A stretch of 64,000 nucleotides of DNA from a bacterium UBP8_UBA817 (GCA_945898045.1 CAMDGG010000001.1:36148-100147), one strand, 5' to 3'; shown: positions 1-8,653, counted from the first letter of the stretch. The notes: generated by a model not told the origin, from the letters alone. Translations and numbers: made by a program.

Positions 1-816
1 CTGCCCGACAGACACCGTGGAATCAATAAATGTGCTTGCCGGATCAATAATAGTGACGCCCTCTTGCATGAGCCTGGAATTATTTTTTTGGTAAATAATC
101 TGATTAATTTTTGCAAGGTCCATACGGGTATTAATTCCAATAGCTTGATCTGAATCTTCTGCACAATAGGCCTCTACAACGGAGCCTTTCTCTTTGAGAA
201 TGTGAATGGCATCAGTTAGATAATATTCGTGTTGATTATTGTTGGTTGTAATTAGCTTTAGGGCATCGCATAATGCGCGTTTTTGGAAGGCATAGATTCC
301 GGTATTAATTTCTGTAATTCTCAACTCTTCTTCTGTACAGTCCTTGGCTTCTTTTATTCCGATGACGGTTCCCATTTTTCCTCTGAGAATACGGCCGTAA
401 CTTCCGGGATCTTGCATTTCTGTGCTGAGAATACTCGCTTCGGCATTGGATTCCAGGTGAATATTAAGTAGATTTTGCAGGGTTTCTAGCTCTATCAACG
501 GGCAATCTCCGGCCAGTATGACCAGCGTTTCATCTTTATTCGTATCAAGATAAGGAGCGACCTGCATTACGGCGTGTCCAGTGCCTAGCTGCTCTTCTTG
601 ATGAACAAATTGGATTTTTGGATTTTGGATCCGTTTTTTTACCAATTCGGCCTGATGTCCTACGACGACAAAGATTTCATTAACATGGCTACTCAGAACT
701 GTGTCAACGACGTGTTCTAGAACGGCTTTTCCAGCAACATCGTGCAAAACTTTTAGTGTGTCGGATTTCATCCGACTTCCTTTTCCTGCTGCGAGAATAA
801 TAGCTTTTAGTGTCAT
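1..816 (-). CDS. glmU: Bifunctional UDP-N-acetylglucosamine pyrophosphorylase GlmU, N-terminal part (runs off the window edge)
   Basis: Hand translation from ATG 816 gives MTLKAIILAAGKGSRMKSD...QEEQLGTGHAV...LAGDCPLI...SYGRILR...EINTGIY...NNNQHEYYLTD...GINTR...GVTIIDP. A GGGGAG RBS lies upstream. It is not in the ORF track because the stop is outside the window. Confidence 0.95.
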   Translation of the reverse strand, partial: MTLKAIILAAGKGSRMKSDTLKVLHDVAGKAVLEHVVDTVLSSHVNEIFVVVGHQAELVKKRIQNPKIQFVHQEEQLGTGHAVMQVAPYLDTNKDETLVILAGDCPLIELETLQNLLNIHLESNAEASILSTEMQDPGSYGRILRGKMGTVIGIKEAKDCTEEELRITEINTGIYAFQKRALCDALKLITTNNNQHEYYLTDAIHILKEKGSVVEAYCAEDSDQAIGINTRMDLAKINQIIYQKNNSRLMQEGVTIIDPASTFIDSTVSVGQ

Positions 817-896
817 AAAGAGAACTCTCCCCATTTTGGTGTTAGTTATGATAGTATCATTTGATAGGTTTAAAGACAAAACGAGGTGTTAATCAA

Positions 897-1448
897 ATGA
901 AAATTATCGTCAAGACACACAATGTTAAGCTCACAAAATCTCTAAAAGAATATGCTACAAAGAAGATGGAAAAATTAACAAAGTTTTTTGATAACATACA
1001 AGATGTTGTTGTAGAACTTCATATGGAAGATACTGCAGCCATTAACCAACGTCAGCTTGCGCTAGTGACAGTTCATGCGTCTGGCACCGTAATTCGTGCA
1101 GAAGAAACGTCTCAGGATTTATATGCGAGTATCGATTTGGTTTTTGACAATTTAGGCAGACAGCTGCGCAAACATAAAGAACGTCTTCGGGATCACAAAA
1201 AAGATTTACCTGGAAAACGTCTTATAGCGGATTCTTCTGACGAAGTTTCAGTCAAAAAAAGCAAGATGCCTTCTGCTTTTTCCCCTGATGACTTATTTGA
1301 GCCCAAACCTCTCGAAATTGAAGAAGCTTCTCGCCAAATGAGAGAAAATCGTCTTCCGTTTTTGGTATTTCGAAATTTCAAAACAGAGAAGATTAATGTT
1401 GTCTATCCAACAGGCACTTCTTCTTTTGGAATTATTGATCCCGCTTAA
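897..1448 (+). CDS. hpf: Ribosome hibernation promoting factor (long HPF/RaiA family)
   Basis: MKIIVKTHNVKLTKSLKEYATKKMEKL...IRAEETSQDLYASIDLV..LGRQLRKHKERL, plus the C-terminal KPLEIEEA..QM....FLVF.N...INVVY domain. GAGGTG RBS precedes ATG 897. Confidence 0.93.
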   Translation: MKIIVKTHNVKLTKSLKEYATKKMEKLTKFFDNIQDVVVELHMEDTAAINQRQLALVTVHASGTVIRAEETSQDLYASIDLVFDNLGRQLRKHKERLRDHKKDLPGKRLIADSSDEVSVKKSKMPSAFSPDDLFEPKPLEIEEASRQMRENRLPFLVFRNFKTEKINVVYPTGTSSFGIIDPA

Positions 1449-2315
1449 TTAAGCCACCAATTTACTCAGCAAGTCGTTAACAATTTTGTTGACGTCTTGC
1501 AGGGCCCCCTGTAGCGCAGAAAAACCTCTATTCAGCAGATTCATGTCCAATGCAACTTGCGCCACTCTGATATTAGAAGATTCTAACGATGCCCCCAAAA
1601 TCTGGCCCAATCCATCTTCTCCTGCAGTGACAGGTGTTTGGGCTAGTCCTGACGCCACAGTACTTTTTAGCGCCCCCCCATCGACCAATACCAGGCCTTG
1701 TCTATTTTGAAAGGTGGTTATAGCAAGTTTATAGAGCGGGGCTTGCTCTGGCGGCGTAGTTCCGCCGGCGATCGCATCTTTTTCTGCCTGGAAATTACTC
1801 ACTAAAACACCACCATCTTTGAAGCCAATGTCTTTATTCCCATCTGTTTCAATGGGGACAAGCGTACGATTTACAGGGGTTCCGTTTTTGTCTACTTTGA
1901 ATCCAAATACTTTTCGTCCAAATGAATCCACCACAAATTGATTGTTAAAATCTACTTGGAAGCGTCCGGCACGGGTATACGATTTTTGTGACTGCGCATC
2001 AAATTGTGACGCAGAATCCGATAGGATAAAAAATCCGTCCCCCGAAATAGCAACATCCATACCTGTACCAAATCCGATATTACCTTGTGCATAGTCCGTA
2101 CTCGTTGTGCCCAACGTCATGCTTGAGCCAGATTGAATAGGATTAGTGGTGTCCGTTCCCATTGACTCTACCTTACTAAAAACCGTAGTGAAGGAAGCAA
2201 ACGAATATTTGTAACCAGGGGTGTTGAAATTATTAGAGTTTGAGATGGCAATTTTTAGGCCACTTTCGAGTGCTGATAGCGCGTTTCCTATTTGTTTATA
2301 TAAATCTAGTATCAT
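1449..2315 (-). CDS. Divergent flagellar hook/basal-body rod family protein (FlgE/FlgF/FlgG-like), 288 aa
   Basis: N-terminal SNSNNFNTPGYK (canonical N.AN..T.GFK), QG.I..GTGMDVAISGDGFF, YTRAGRFQVD, and C-terminal LESSNI...DM...RGF. AAGGAG RBS. Confidence 0.88.
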   Translation of the reverse strand: MILDLYKQIGNALSALESGLKIAISNSNNFNTPGYKYSFASFTTVFSKVESMGTDTTNPIQSGSSMTLGTTSTDYAQGNIGFGTGMDVAISGDGFFILSDSASQFDAQSQKSYTRAGRFQVDFNNQFVVDSFGRKVFGFKVDKNGTPVNRTLVPIETDGNKDIGFKDGGVLVSNFQAEKDAIAGGTTPPEQAPLYKLAITTFQNRQGLVLVDGGALKSTVASGLAQTPVTAGEDGLGQILGASLESSNIRVAQVALDMNLLNRGFSALQGALQDVNKIVNDLLSKLVA

Positions 2316-2333
2316 GATTGTTTCTCCTTTGTT

Positions 2334-4187
2334 TTATGCCGCTTCGATAATGGTGGTTTCTGAATTAAATGAAATTGTCTGAGATGTTTCTATATGTTCA
2401 CCCAAGCCAGACTCTTGCTTGAGTCGATTGAGAATCGCTAAATACTCTTTCTTCTTCCTACTTAAATAAACGTCTCCCGGATTTGCTTCTAAGTGTACAC
2501 TGAGTTTAAGATATTCTTCTTTAATGATAGAAAACATACTGCTGTTTACTTGATCTCGTATGGCAAGCATATCTTTTTTGGGCATCGAAGCGCCTAGGTT
2601 TTTCAATCCTTTTAGTGCTAGTTTTAATTTTTTTTGAACCAATGCAAAAGCGGGTCCTTGGAGAGAGGGTAATGTTGCTTTTTCTTCCATGGCTTCTTTA
2701 AAAAGATCCATGAGTCTTAGGCGAGCCAGACCTTCTCCCTCTTGTTGTAACTTTTTATAGGCTGGTTCTGAGTTTAATTTTTTCTTAAGCTTGTTAAGCT
2801 TAAACCTAATTTCTATGTTTGAGCGAAGATCCAACTGAACAGACTTTTGTAAAAACAAGGTGCGGATATCATCTTCTAAACCGTCTATCGATGTTTCTGG
2901 AGCTTGCTGTTGTTGTCTTTTTGAATTTCCACCCGATTGACGTCGTGGATCCGTATCAATCATCCCAGGAATTTCGGGCGCTCTGAAGCCGGCCGCTCCC
3001 CAATCTTCAAGTTTTTTACCGATTGTTTTCATATATGCAGCGCTGTCAAATTTTGCAATACTGGCAATTTCATTAAAGCGATTAAAGGCTTTAACAAGTT
3101 CTTCTGGAGAACCCCCTTTCGCCTTAGATTCAATAATTGTATTGTCTAGTTCGTTTGCAATAAAGTTCCTCATATCCGCTTTGGCATCTTCCTTGACCTC
3201 TTGCATATTGGATCGCCCTGGACCAAATACACCCTTTAAACCGGCTAGATCTGCCAAACTTTCCATTTCATTACTTTTGTGAATCGCTTCTAACGTAATT
3301 TTATTGTCGTAGCTTAATGCCAGTTTAATAAAACTATCTTTTAGTTTTTGCTTAAAATCTTGATGAAGCGTGCGGCGAATAGTACCCTCTAAATTGCTCA
3401 ACTTACTAGGAGAAAGGCCCTCGGTGAGCAATTTCTCCTTAAGGTGTCTCGCTTGATCTTGCTTCTGTTGTGTTGGGGAAAGAATGGTTTCGGCCAAAGT
3501 AGTAAGGTACTTTGTAACCACTTCTGTAGTTTCTATATCTGCCGTGCCCGTTTCTTGTTTTTCAGTCTTCTTTAATTCGGTTGCGGCAGCTTGCGCCAAG
3601 ACAGCTTGTAGAGGAGGTTTTTTTGCCATTTCTTGGGCCGTATGCAGATTACCTTGAGAGTCTTTTTGTGCTTCAGTTGGCTTGCCTTGTGGATTAGTTT
3701 GTTTTTCTAGGAGTAGCTTTTTGAGGTCATTAGGTAAGTGAGCCTCTTCTTTTTTACGATCTTTACTAAGAACGACGCTATCTTCGGTTTTTTCTTTGTA
3801 TTCATCCTGAAAATGTTTTTCCACTGTTCTGGCAATTTCTTTTTCTAATCCTTTCGGCATAAATTGATTGTGCTGCGTACCAGACTTTGCCAATTTTCGA
3901 CTCATTTCTTGTAAAAGTTCATTAGGCGAAACATCTTCTTCAAGCGCAGCAACAGATGTTGATGTTTCTGAAAATCTTTTTTCTTGTTTTCGCTTCCGTT
4001 TGATATCTTTTTCACTTTCTTGTCCAGAGACGACCTTTTCTTCACCATGTATAGTTTGGTTTACGTCTTCTTCGTTAAACAAATGGGACTTCATACTGTC
4101 ATCATTTGCTTCGGTTTTATTGAGGGGCATTATGGAGCCGGCGTTATGCTCGATGATGTTTCGGAGATTAGTTGGCTGGACGTTCAT
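2334..4187 (-). CDS. Hypothetical helical/coiled-coil protein, 617 aa
   Basis: Long ORF in a tightly packed operon. Disordered charged N-terminus and Lys/Glu/Leu-rich helical C-terminal half. No recognisable family. Confidence 0.8.
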   Translation of the reverse strand: MNVQPTNLRNIIEHNAGSIMPLNKTEANDDSMKSHLFNEEDVNQTIHGEEKVVSGQESEKDIKRKRKQEKRFSETSTSVAALEEDVSPNELLQEMSRKLAKSGTQHNQFMPKGLEKEIARTVEKHFQDEYKEKTEDSVVLSKDRKKEEAHLPNDLKKLLLEKQTNPQGKPTEAQKDSQGNLHTAQEMAKKPPLQAVLAQAAATELKKTEKQETGTADIETTEVVTKYLTTLAETILSPTQQKQDQARHLKEKLLTEGLSPSKLSNLEGTIRRTLHQDFKQKLKDSFIKLALSYDNKITLEAIHKSNEMESLADLAGLKGVFGPGRSNMQEVKEDAKADMRNFIANELDNTIIESKAKGGSPEELVKAFNRFNEIASIAKFDSAAYMKTIGKKLEDWGAAGFRAPEIPGMIDTDPRRQSGGNSKRQQQQAPETSIDGLEDDIRTLFLQKSVQLDLRSNIEIRFKLNKLKKKLNSEPAYKKLQQEGEGLARLRLMDLFKEAMEEKATLPSLQGPAFALVQKKLKLALKGLKNLGASMPKKDMLAIRDQVNSSMFSIIKEEYLKLSVHLEANPGDVYLSRKKKEYLAILNRLKQESGLGEHIETSQTISFNSETTIIEAA

Positions 4188-4208
4188 GATGGAATTTCCT
4201 CTATTACC

Positions 4209-4475
4209 CTAGGCCTGAAACGACCGATTTTGCTTTACTTTCAATCTTTTCAACCCAATTTGCATCAGAATCTTATCTTTTTTGCTTAAGTCCAAAACAT
4301 CCTCGAGTTTGGCTTGATACAATTTGAGGCGATGTTCTGTTTTATTAATGTACATATCCAGTCTTTTTATTTTCTTCTGAATTTCTTTCGCACTAACGGT
4401 CGGGTCTTGTCCATCCGTAAATTCGACCAAGACACTTGCTGATTTCACAGTCTCTTTTTTAGGTGCTGATGTCAT
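4209..4475 (-). CDS. Hypothetical small coiled-coil protein, 88 aa
   Basis: ATGA overlap with the upstream ORF stop (4472-4475) and a heptad pattern. Confidence 0.7.
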   Translation of the reverse strand: MTSAPKKETVKSASVLVEFTDGQDPTVSAKEIQKKIKRLDMYINKTEHRLKLYQAKLEDVLDLSKKDKILMQIGLKRLKVKQNRSFQA

Positions 4476-5314
4476 GTTCCCACTTCTTGTATTAAGAACT
4501 CATATTGATAGGCCAATGCGTCTCGTTCTTGCTTAAATTCTTCTTTTATTTTTTTCATTTGCTTGATTCTTTCTTCTAAGAACCTGGATTTAGACCAGTA
4601 ATTTGGTTTGCCAAGCAACGTCATTTGTTGCATGAGTTGCTGTTGTGCCTCTGCGTACATAGCCAAGCTTTTTTTTGATTTCCTGCTTTTCCCATGCAAT
4701 AGTTCTGTTAGCTCCATATTATATATATTTTCGCCCATATTATTTAGATTTTCTTCACTTGCGCCCTCTAGTGCTTTTTTTTGCATGATTTGAAGCTCTT
4801 CCGGAGTGACGCCCATAGCGGTGAGCATTTGTCCAATGAGCCCTACTTTAAATTGCGCGTATTTGGACAAAAAGAAATTGGAGGATTTGGCCTGCACTGT
4901 GTTTTGCATGTAGGTTTGTTGGAGCTGAGATAGCTTTGGAGAGAAATCGATTTTTTGTCCAAACAATTTTAGTATTGTATTGCCGTCGTTTTTAAGATCC
5001 ACCGAGGTTAATAATGGATCTTTCAAGGCCGCTTTCAATTCGTATTTACCCTCTTCGTTTTTAGACCATTTGGTATTACCAATAGAGACATTGTCCTCTC
5101 GTGGATCCGATTTTTTATCAAGGGCGGTGGCCACCTGTTCTTTGGTTTCTTTTTCTACCTTTGCGAGCTGATCGCTTTGGGACGCTAGTTGTTTGGTGGC
5201 TTCTTCTTTTTGGACTTTGAGTGTTTCCTGTAATTTTTCGTAGTACGGATTTGCACTCATTTTTTGGGCTGAGGGTCGAGATAACGAGGTACTCCCTATT
5301 CGGGTGTCGCTCAT
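4472..5314 (-). CDS. Hypothetical coiled-coil protein, 280 aa
   Basis: ATGA overlap with the upstream gene, GAGGA RBS, Ser/Thr-rich N-terminus (MSDTRIGSTSLSRPS) and Gln/Glu/Lys helices. Confidence 0.8.
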   Translation of the reverse strand: MSDTRIGSTSLSRPSAQKMSANPYYEKLQETLKVQKEEATKQLASQSDQLAKVEKETKEQVATALDKKSDPREDNVSIGNTKWSKNEEGKYELKAALKDPLLTSVDLKNDGNTILKLFGQKIDFSPKLSQLQQTYMQNTVQAKSSNFFLSKYAQFKVGLIGQMLTAMGVTPEELQIMQKKALEGASEENLNNMGENIYNMELTELLHGKSRKSKKSLAMYAEAQQQLMQQMTLLGKPNYWSKSRFLEERIKQMKKIKEEFKQERDALAYQYEFLIQEVGT

Positions 5315-7719
5315 GATTCCTCTTCCTCAGATTTTGGCTTTTGCGAGTTTTTGTTGTTTTCGCCCTGTATTTTTTCGCCTTGTTTTCGGCTTTCTTCTGC
5401 GGCCTCTTTTACTTGCCTTTCTATTCTTGCGGTGACCGCTTGGTCGTCGGCCTTTTCATCTGCTTCGACTTGATTACTTACTTTAATACGATCAATCTCA
5501 TCATCCTCGAACTCTTCTTTTTGAGCCTCATAGGTCTTGATCTGTTTCGCATGTCGGATAGAGATCATTTTATTTATTTGTGATTTCTCAAAGATGTTAT
5601 GGCCGATAGCATTCGTAGATTTGTCTTTAATTAGTTTCTGCGCGTCTGCAAAAATGGGATCATTATAATCGTTTAATTGGCTGATACTGTAACGAAATTT
5701 CGCATCTTTTTTACCCAACACATTGATACTATCTTCTGATAGACCGTTATTGGTAATCATCGGCAACTTGTCGCCACCAAACATGCCTAGAACAGGCGCT
5801 AAAAGTTGTGAAAGGCCCAAGATGTCATCCGTAAATTTTTGAGCCGTGTCTTTATTTTCAAAATTAAGCTTTAAAGGTTCGCCTTCTACAGTTTTCCAGG
5901 CACCCACCCATTCATCTTTCCCTTTAACTTGTACTTTATGGTCTTCTGGATTCCACTCTTGCCAAGATGCTTTATTGCTCACTGAAACAGCACCAGAGCT
6001 TTCTCCTTTGGCGGTAAATACAGCCTTGCCGTTACTATCTTTTTCGGTACTCATGCCTACCATTGTTGAATAAATATGTAAGAGTGATTCATAGGCACTA
6101 CGCGTGTTTTGAACTTTTTCTTGCCAGGTATTTCCTGTATTTATTTTTGCGGTGATGTCTCCAAGAGATTCGTAAGCCTTGCTACTTTCGTTATAGATTT
6201 TTATATTGCGTCGACCTACATCTTTAATTTGATCGAAATCTTGAACTTCAAAACTAAATTTTCCAAGATACTTTTCCCGCACCGTTTTTTGAATAAAAGC
6301 CTCTTTATCAGCCCCCAAGCCTAGACCTAGATCAAAAGCAGGATCTTCCATTTTAAAGTGGGCTGTAATTTCGCCTTCTTCTGTAATAAACCCTTTCTCG
6401 ATTAACTTTGTCCAAACCTTATTGGTCTCAGCTGTACTATCCAAATTAAAATCTTCTTTTGAAAGCTGCTTTTTACTTGCGAATTGACTTAAGTACTTTT
6501 GACTTAAATAGTCATGATATCCACTTACCAAAATTGCTCTAGGATCACCTTCGTTTTTAAGTAACCCTTTACTTGCGCTATCTCCTGCCGCCCCAACTTT
6601 ACTCCAATCCGTATTGGTCGTAAGAGAATTGGCTATCTCGGGAATCAGCGCTTGTGTTAATAAGATGGGTACGTCCTTAACTTTACTACCAATTTTATCC
6701 CACCAGCTTTGTGCCTGTGTAGTTGCATCTAGTTTCTGTTGTTCCATTGTTTTTTCGGGACTGTTTTGAGCAGAAAATCCTGTTGGTTTTGGCCCTGTTC
6801 CATACATATTGGCATAGATGGCATTGAATCTTGACATGTCTTCAAATGCACTCATGACGGTGAAAAAACTTTCTTTATTATTTAGTTTTTTATAGACCTC
6901 TGGGCTTGTAATGATGCCGTTGTAGTCGAGATACATATCGTGTTTATCAACACTATCTGCATAGTAGGGGTCTGTCATTTTTTCTTTATTGAAATTTTTA
7001 TTTTTTTTCGTAATGTCCGCTATCGTTGTGTTCATGGTATCCCATAGCTTGGGATCGAATTTTTCTAGCGATTGGAGGGATGAAAGAAATTGCGAATTAA
7101 TAGGCTTGAGCGCCTTATTTTTTTCAAACGCGTCATAGTTTTCGGTGTCTCCCGTTTTGATAGGATTCCGGTTATCAAGCCTTTGGTAAAGAGATAGGTT
7201 ATGGAGATAAGTATTCCCTTCACCTTCTATACTTTCGTCTTTTTTTGCATCAATGGCATCATTTTCAATTTTTTTATCTTTTTGTTTTTTGGCTAAAGCG
7301 GCTGATTCGAAAGCTAACTTTTGCTTGGGCAACTCGTCTATCAGCTTCTTTTTTGAAAGATAGGCCGGATCATCCGTCCTCTCAAAATTGGATCGCTCTC
7401 CTACTAGCTCTATATTTAACTTCTGTTGCCTAGAAATAAATTTGAGTCCGCTTGACATCCCCGAAAGCTCTTTGGCAATACTAAGCGCATTAAGCTGCTG
7501 GGAAAGAGTATAGTCGGAAACAGAGATTGACTCGTGTGCACCAGCACCTGAGCTAGTGGCTCGCGAGGCAGCCGCGTCTGGATCTACGTCATTTAAAATT
7601 TCATTTAATTGGCTCCCGAAGCTATTTTTTGCATTAAATTGCTTATCGGGACGCACATCTATTCGGAATGCGAATGGGGCAGGCTTGGGTTGGTTAAATT
7701 TTTCGATCTCATCTAGCAT
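5311..7719 (-). CDS. Hypothetical protein, 802 aa
   Basis: Long ORF in the operon with a charged coiled-coil C-terminus. Contains VWTKLIEKGFITEEGEITAHF, a motif shared with the two giant proteins. Confidence 0.82.
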   Translation of the reverse strand: MLDEIEKFNQPKPAPFAFRIDVRPDKQFNAKNSFGSQLNEILNDVDPDAAASRATSSGAGAHESISVSDYTLSQQLNALSIAKELSGMSSGLKFISRQQKLNIELVGERSNFERTDDPAYLSKKKLIDELPKQKLAFESAALAKKQKDKKIENDAIDAKKDESIEGEGNTYLHNLSLYQRLDNRNPIKTGDTENYDAFEKNKALKPINSQFLSSLQSLEKFDPKLWDTMNTTIADITKKNKNFNKEKMTDPYYADSVDKHDMYLDYNGIITSPEVYKKLNNKESFFTVMSAFEDMSRFNAIYANMYGTGPKPTGFSAQNSPEKTMEQQKLDATTQAQSWWDKIGSKVKDVPILLTQALIPEIANSLTTNTDWSKVGAAGDSASKGLLKNEGDPRAILVSGYHDYLSQKYLSQFASKKQLSKEDFNLDSTAETNKVWTKLIEKGFITEEGEITAHFKMEDPAFDLGLGLGADKEAFIQKTVREKYLGKFSFEVQDFDQIKDVGRRNIKIYNESSKAYESLGDITAKINTGNTWQEKVQNTRSAYESLLHIYSTMVGMSTEKDSNGKAVFTAKGESSGAVSVSNKASWQEWNPEDHKVQVKGKDEWVGAWKTVEGEPLKLNFENKDTAQKFTDDILGLSQLLAPVLGMFGGDKLPMITNNGLSEDSINVLGKKDAKFRYSISQLNDYNDPIFADAQKLIKDKSTNAIGHNIFEKSQINKMISIRHAKQIKTYEAQKEEFEDDEIDRIKVSNQVEADEKADDQAVTARIERQVKEAAEESRKQGEKIQGENNKNSQKPKSEEEES

Positions 7720-7749
7720 GGCCGTCGCTCCGTTATCTGGTATTCCGCA

Positions 7750-8100
7750 CTATCTAAGTGTCCATAATTTATTTTCGTTTTTCAATCCTAGATTCGCAAG
7801 TCCATCAGCCGCTTCTCTGGAACTGTCTAGCGCTTGCATATAAATTTGCAGACCCAATGCACCACCGACACTGTTAATATCTACTGATTGCCCTGTGTTT
7901 AAATCAACGACACCATTGCTATTAACAATATCATTCTGTACACGACTTAACTCTTTAAAAAAGCTATCCCAGGCTAAATATCGACCGTATGCATAGTCAA
8001 ATGTTCCCTTAATCTTGTTGGCATTGACTACAGATGTAGCGGATCTATCAAAGAAAAAACTACCTGTAAAACCACTATTACCATTATTACTACCAGCCAT
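7750..8100 (-). CDS. Hypothetical 116-aa protein, possibly inner-rod/needle-like
   Basis: Perfect AAGGAGGT RBS. C-terminal amphipathic helix ALGLQIYMQALDSSREAADGLANLGLKNENKLW. The functional call is inference. Confidence 0.8.
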   Translation of the reverse strand: MAGSNNGNSGFTGSFFFDRSATSVVNANKIKGTFDYAYGRYLAWDSFFKELSRVQNDIVNSNGVVDLNTGQSVDINSVGGALGLQIYMQALDSSREAADGLANLGLKNENKLWTLR

Positions 8101-8136
8101 GAGACACCTCCTTTTTTAATGAATATTGTCGCGATG

Positions 8137-8164
8137 CCGCCCCTGATATAAATGCCAGGGGCGG
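8137..8164. terminator. GC-rich stem-loop between the 90-aa and 116-aa genes (attenuating or mRNA-stabilising hairpin)
   Basis: Perfect 9-bp stem CCGCCCCTG / CAGGGGCGG with a 10-nt loop. No U-tract on the transcribed (minus) strand. Confidence 0.6.
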
Positions 8165-8185
8165 TTGTTTATCAATCAGCCGTTA

Positions 8186-8458
8186 TTATCCTTGGCCCAA
8201 TTTCTTCGCGGCTTCTTTGTTGGCCTTAGCGTCTTTATCAGGGGTGGATTTTCTAACTTCATAGCTAGATTCTGCCTCTGTTAATTTAAGCTGAGATCCA
8301 ACCATAGTTCCCAATGTTGTTCCGGATGAATCTGATTTATCCAAAGTATCTCTAATTCTTTCAAGATCAGATGTATATTCATTACCCGCAGCTGTTCCGG
8401 CTGCAACTCTATCTCCGGCTGTATCTAAATTTACTGCTGCATCATAAGTTCCTGGCAT
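8186..8458 (-). CDS. Hypothetical 90-aa protein resembling a type III needle subunit (SctF/CdsF-like)
   Basis: First gene of the operon, with an AAGGAG RBS. Helix-turn-helix layout ...DKSDSSGTTLGTMVGSQLKLTEAESSYEVRKS...ANKEAAKKLGQG. The CDS is confident and the function is inferred. Confidence 0.8.
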   Translation of the reverse strand: MPGTYDAAVNLDTAGDRVAAGTAAGNEYTSDLERIRDTLDKSDSSGTTLGTMVGSQLKLTEAESSYEVRKSTPDKDAKANKEAAKKLGQG

Positions 8459-8586
8459 AGTGTTTCTCCTTTAGGTTGTTTTTTCTTAATTTCTCTTGTG
8501 GCCCAATTGCCCAAGAGTATTTCTTCATTATTTTTTCCCGCCTCCTTATTTTATTGACCAGATGTTTGGCTGTCTCTTGATTGGGT

Positions 8587-8611
8587 ATATCGGTGCATCA
8601 GAGGCTTTTTA
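8587..8611 (-). promoter_or_regulatory. Possible sigma-28 (FliA/SigD)-type promoter for the minus-strand operon
   Basis: The minus strand reads TAAA-aagcctctgatgc-ACCGATAT. CCGATAT matches the SigD -10 box, but the spacer is 13 nt instead of about 15. Confidence 0.35.
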
Positions 8612-8625
8612 TGTATTGAAATTTC

Positions 8626-8653
8626 TTGATGTATGGGTTTTTCTGTTTATAAT
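8626..8653 (+). promoter_or_regulatory. Sigma-70-type promoter, probably giving a leaderless mRNA
   Basis: TTGATG-16 nt-TATAAT ends 5 nt before ATG 8659, and there is no RBS. Confidence 0.55.

Noticed and set aside
283-892. Plus-strand ORFs of 62 and 63 aa
   Set aside because: They are antisense shadows of glmU, which occupies 1-816 on the minus strand.
1443-1454. Perfect palindrome GCTTAATTAAGC where hpf and the flg-like gene meet
   Set aside because: It arises from two abutting TAA stops each preceded by GCT (Ala). It is too short and AT-rich for a terminator.
1449-8458. Ordinary flagellar operon
   Set aside because: Only one axial-family gene is recognisable. No flgB/C/D/K/L, fliC, fliE or export-gate motifs were found in the neighbouring ORFs.
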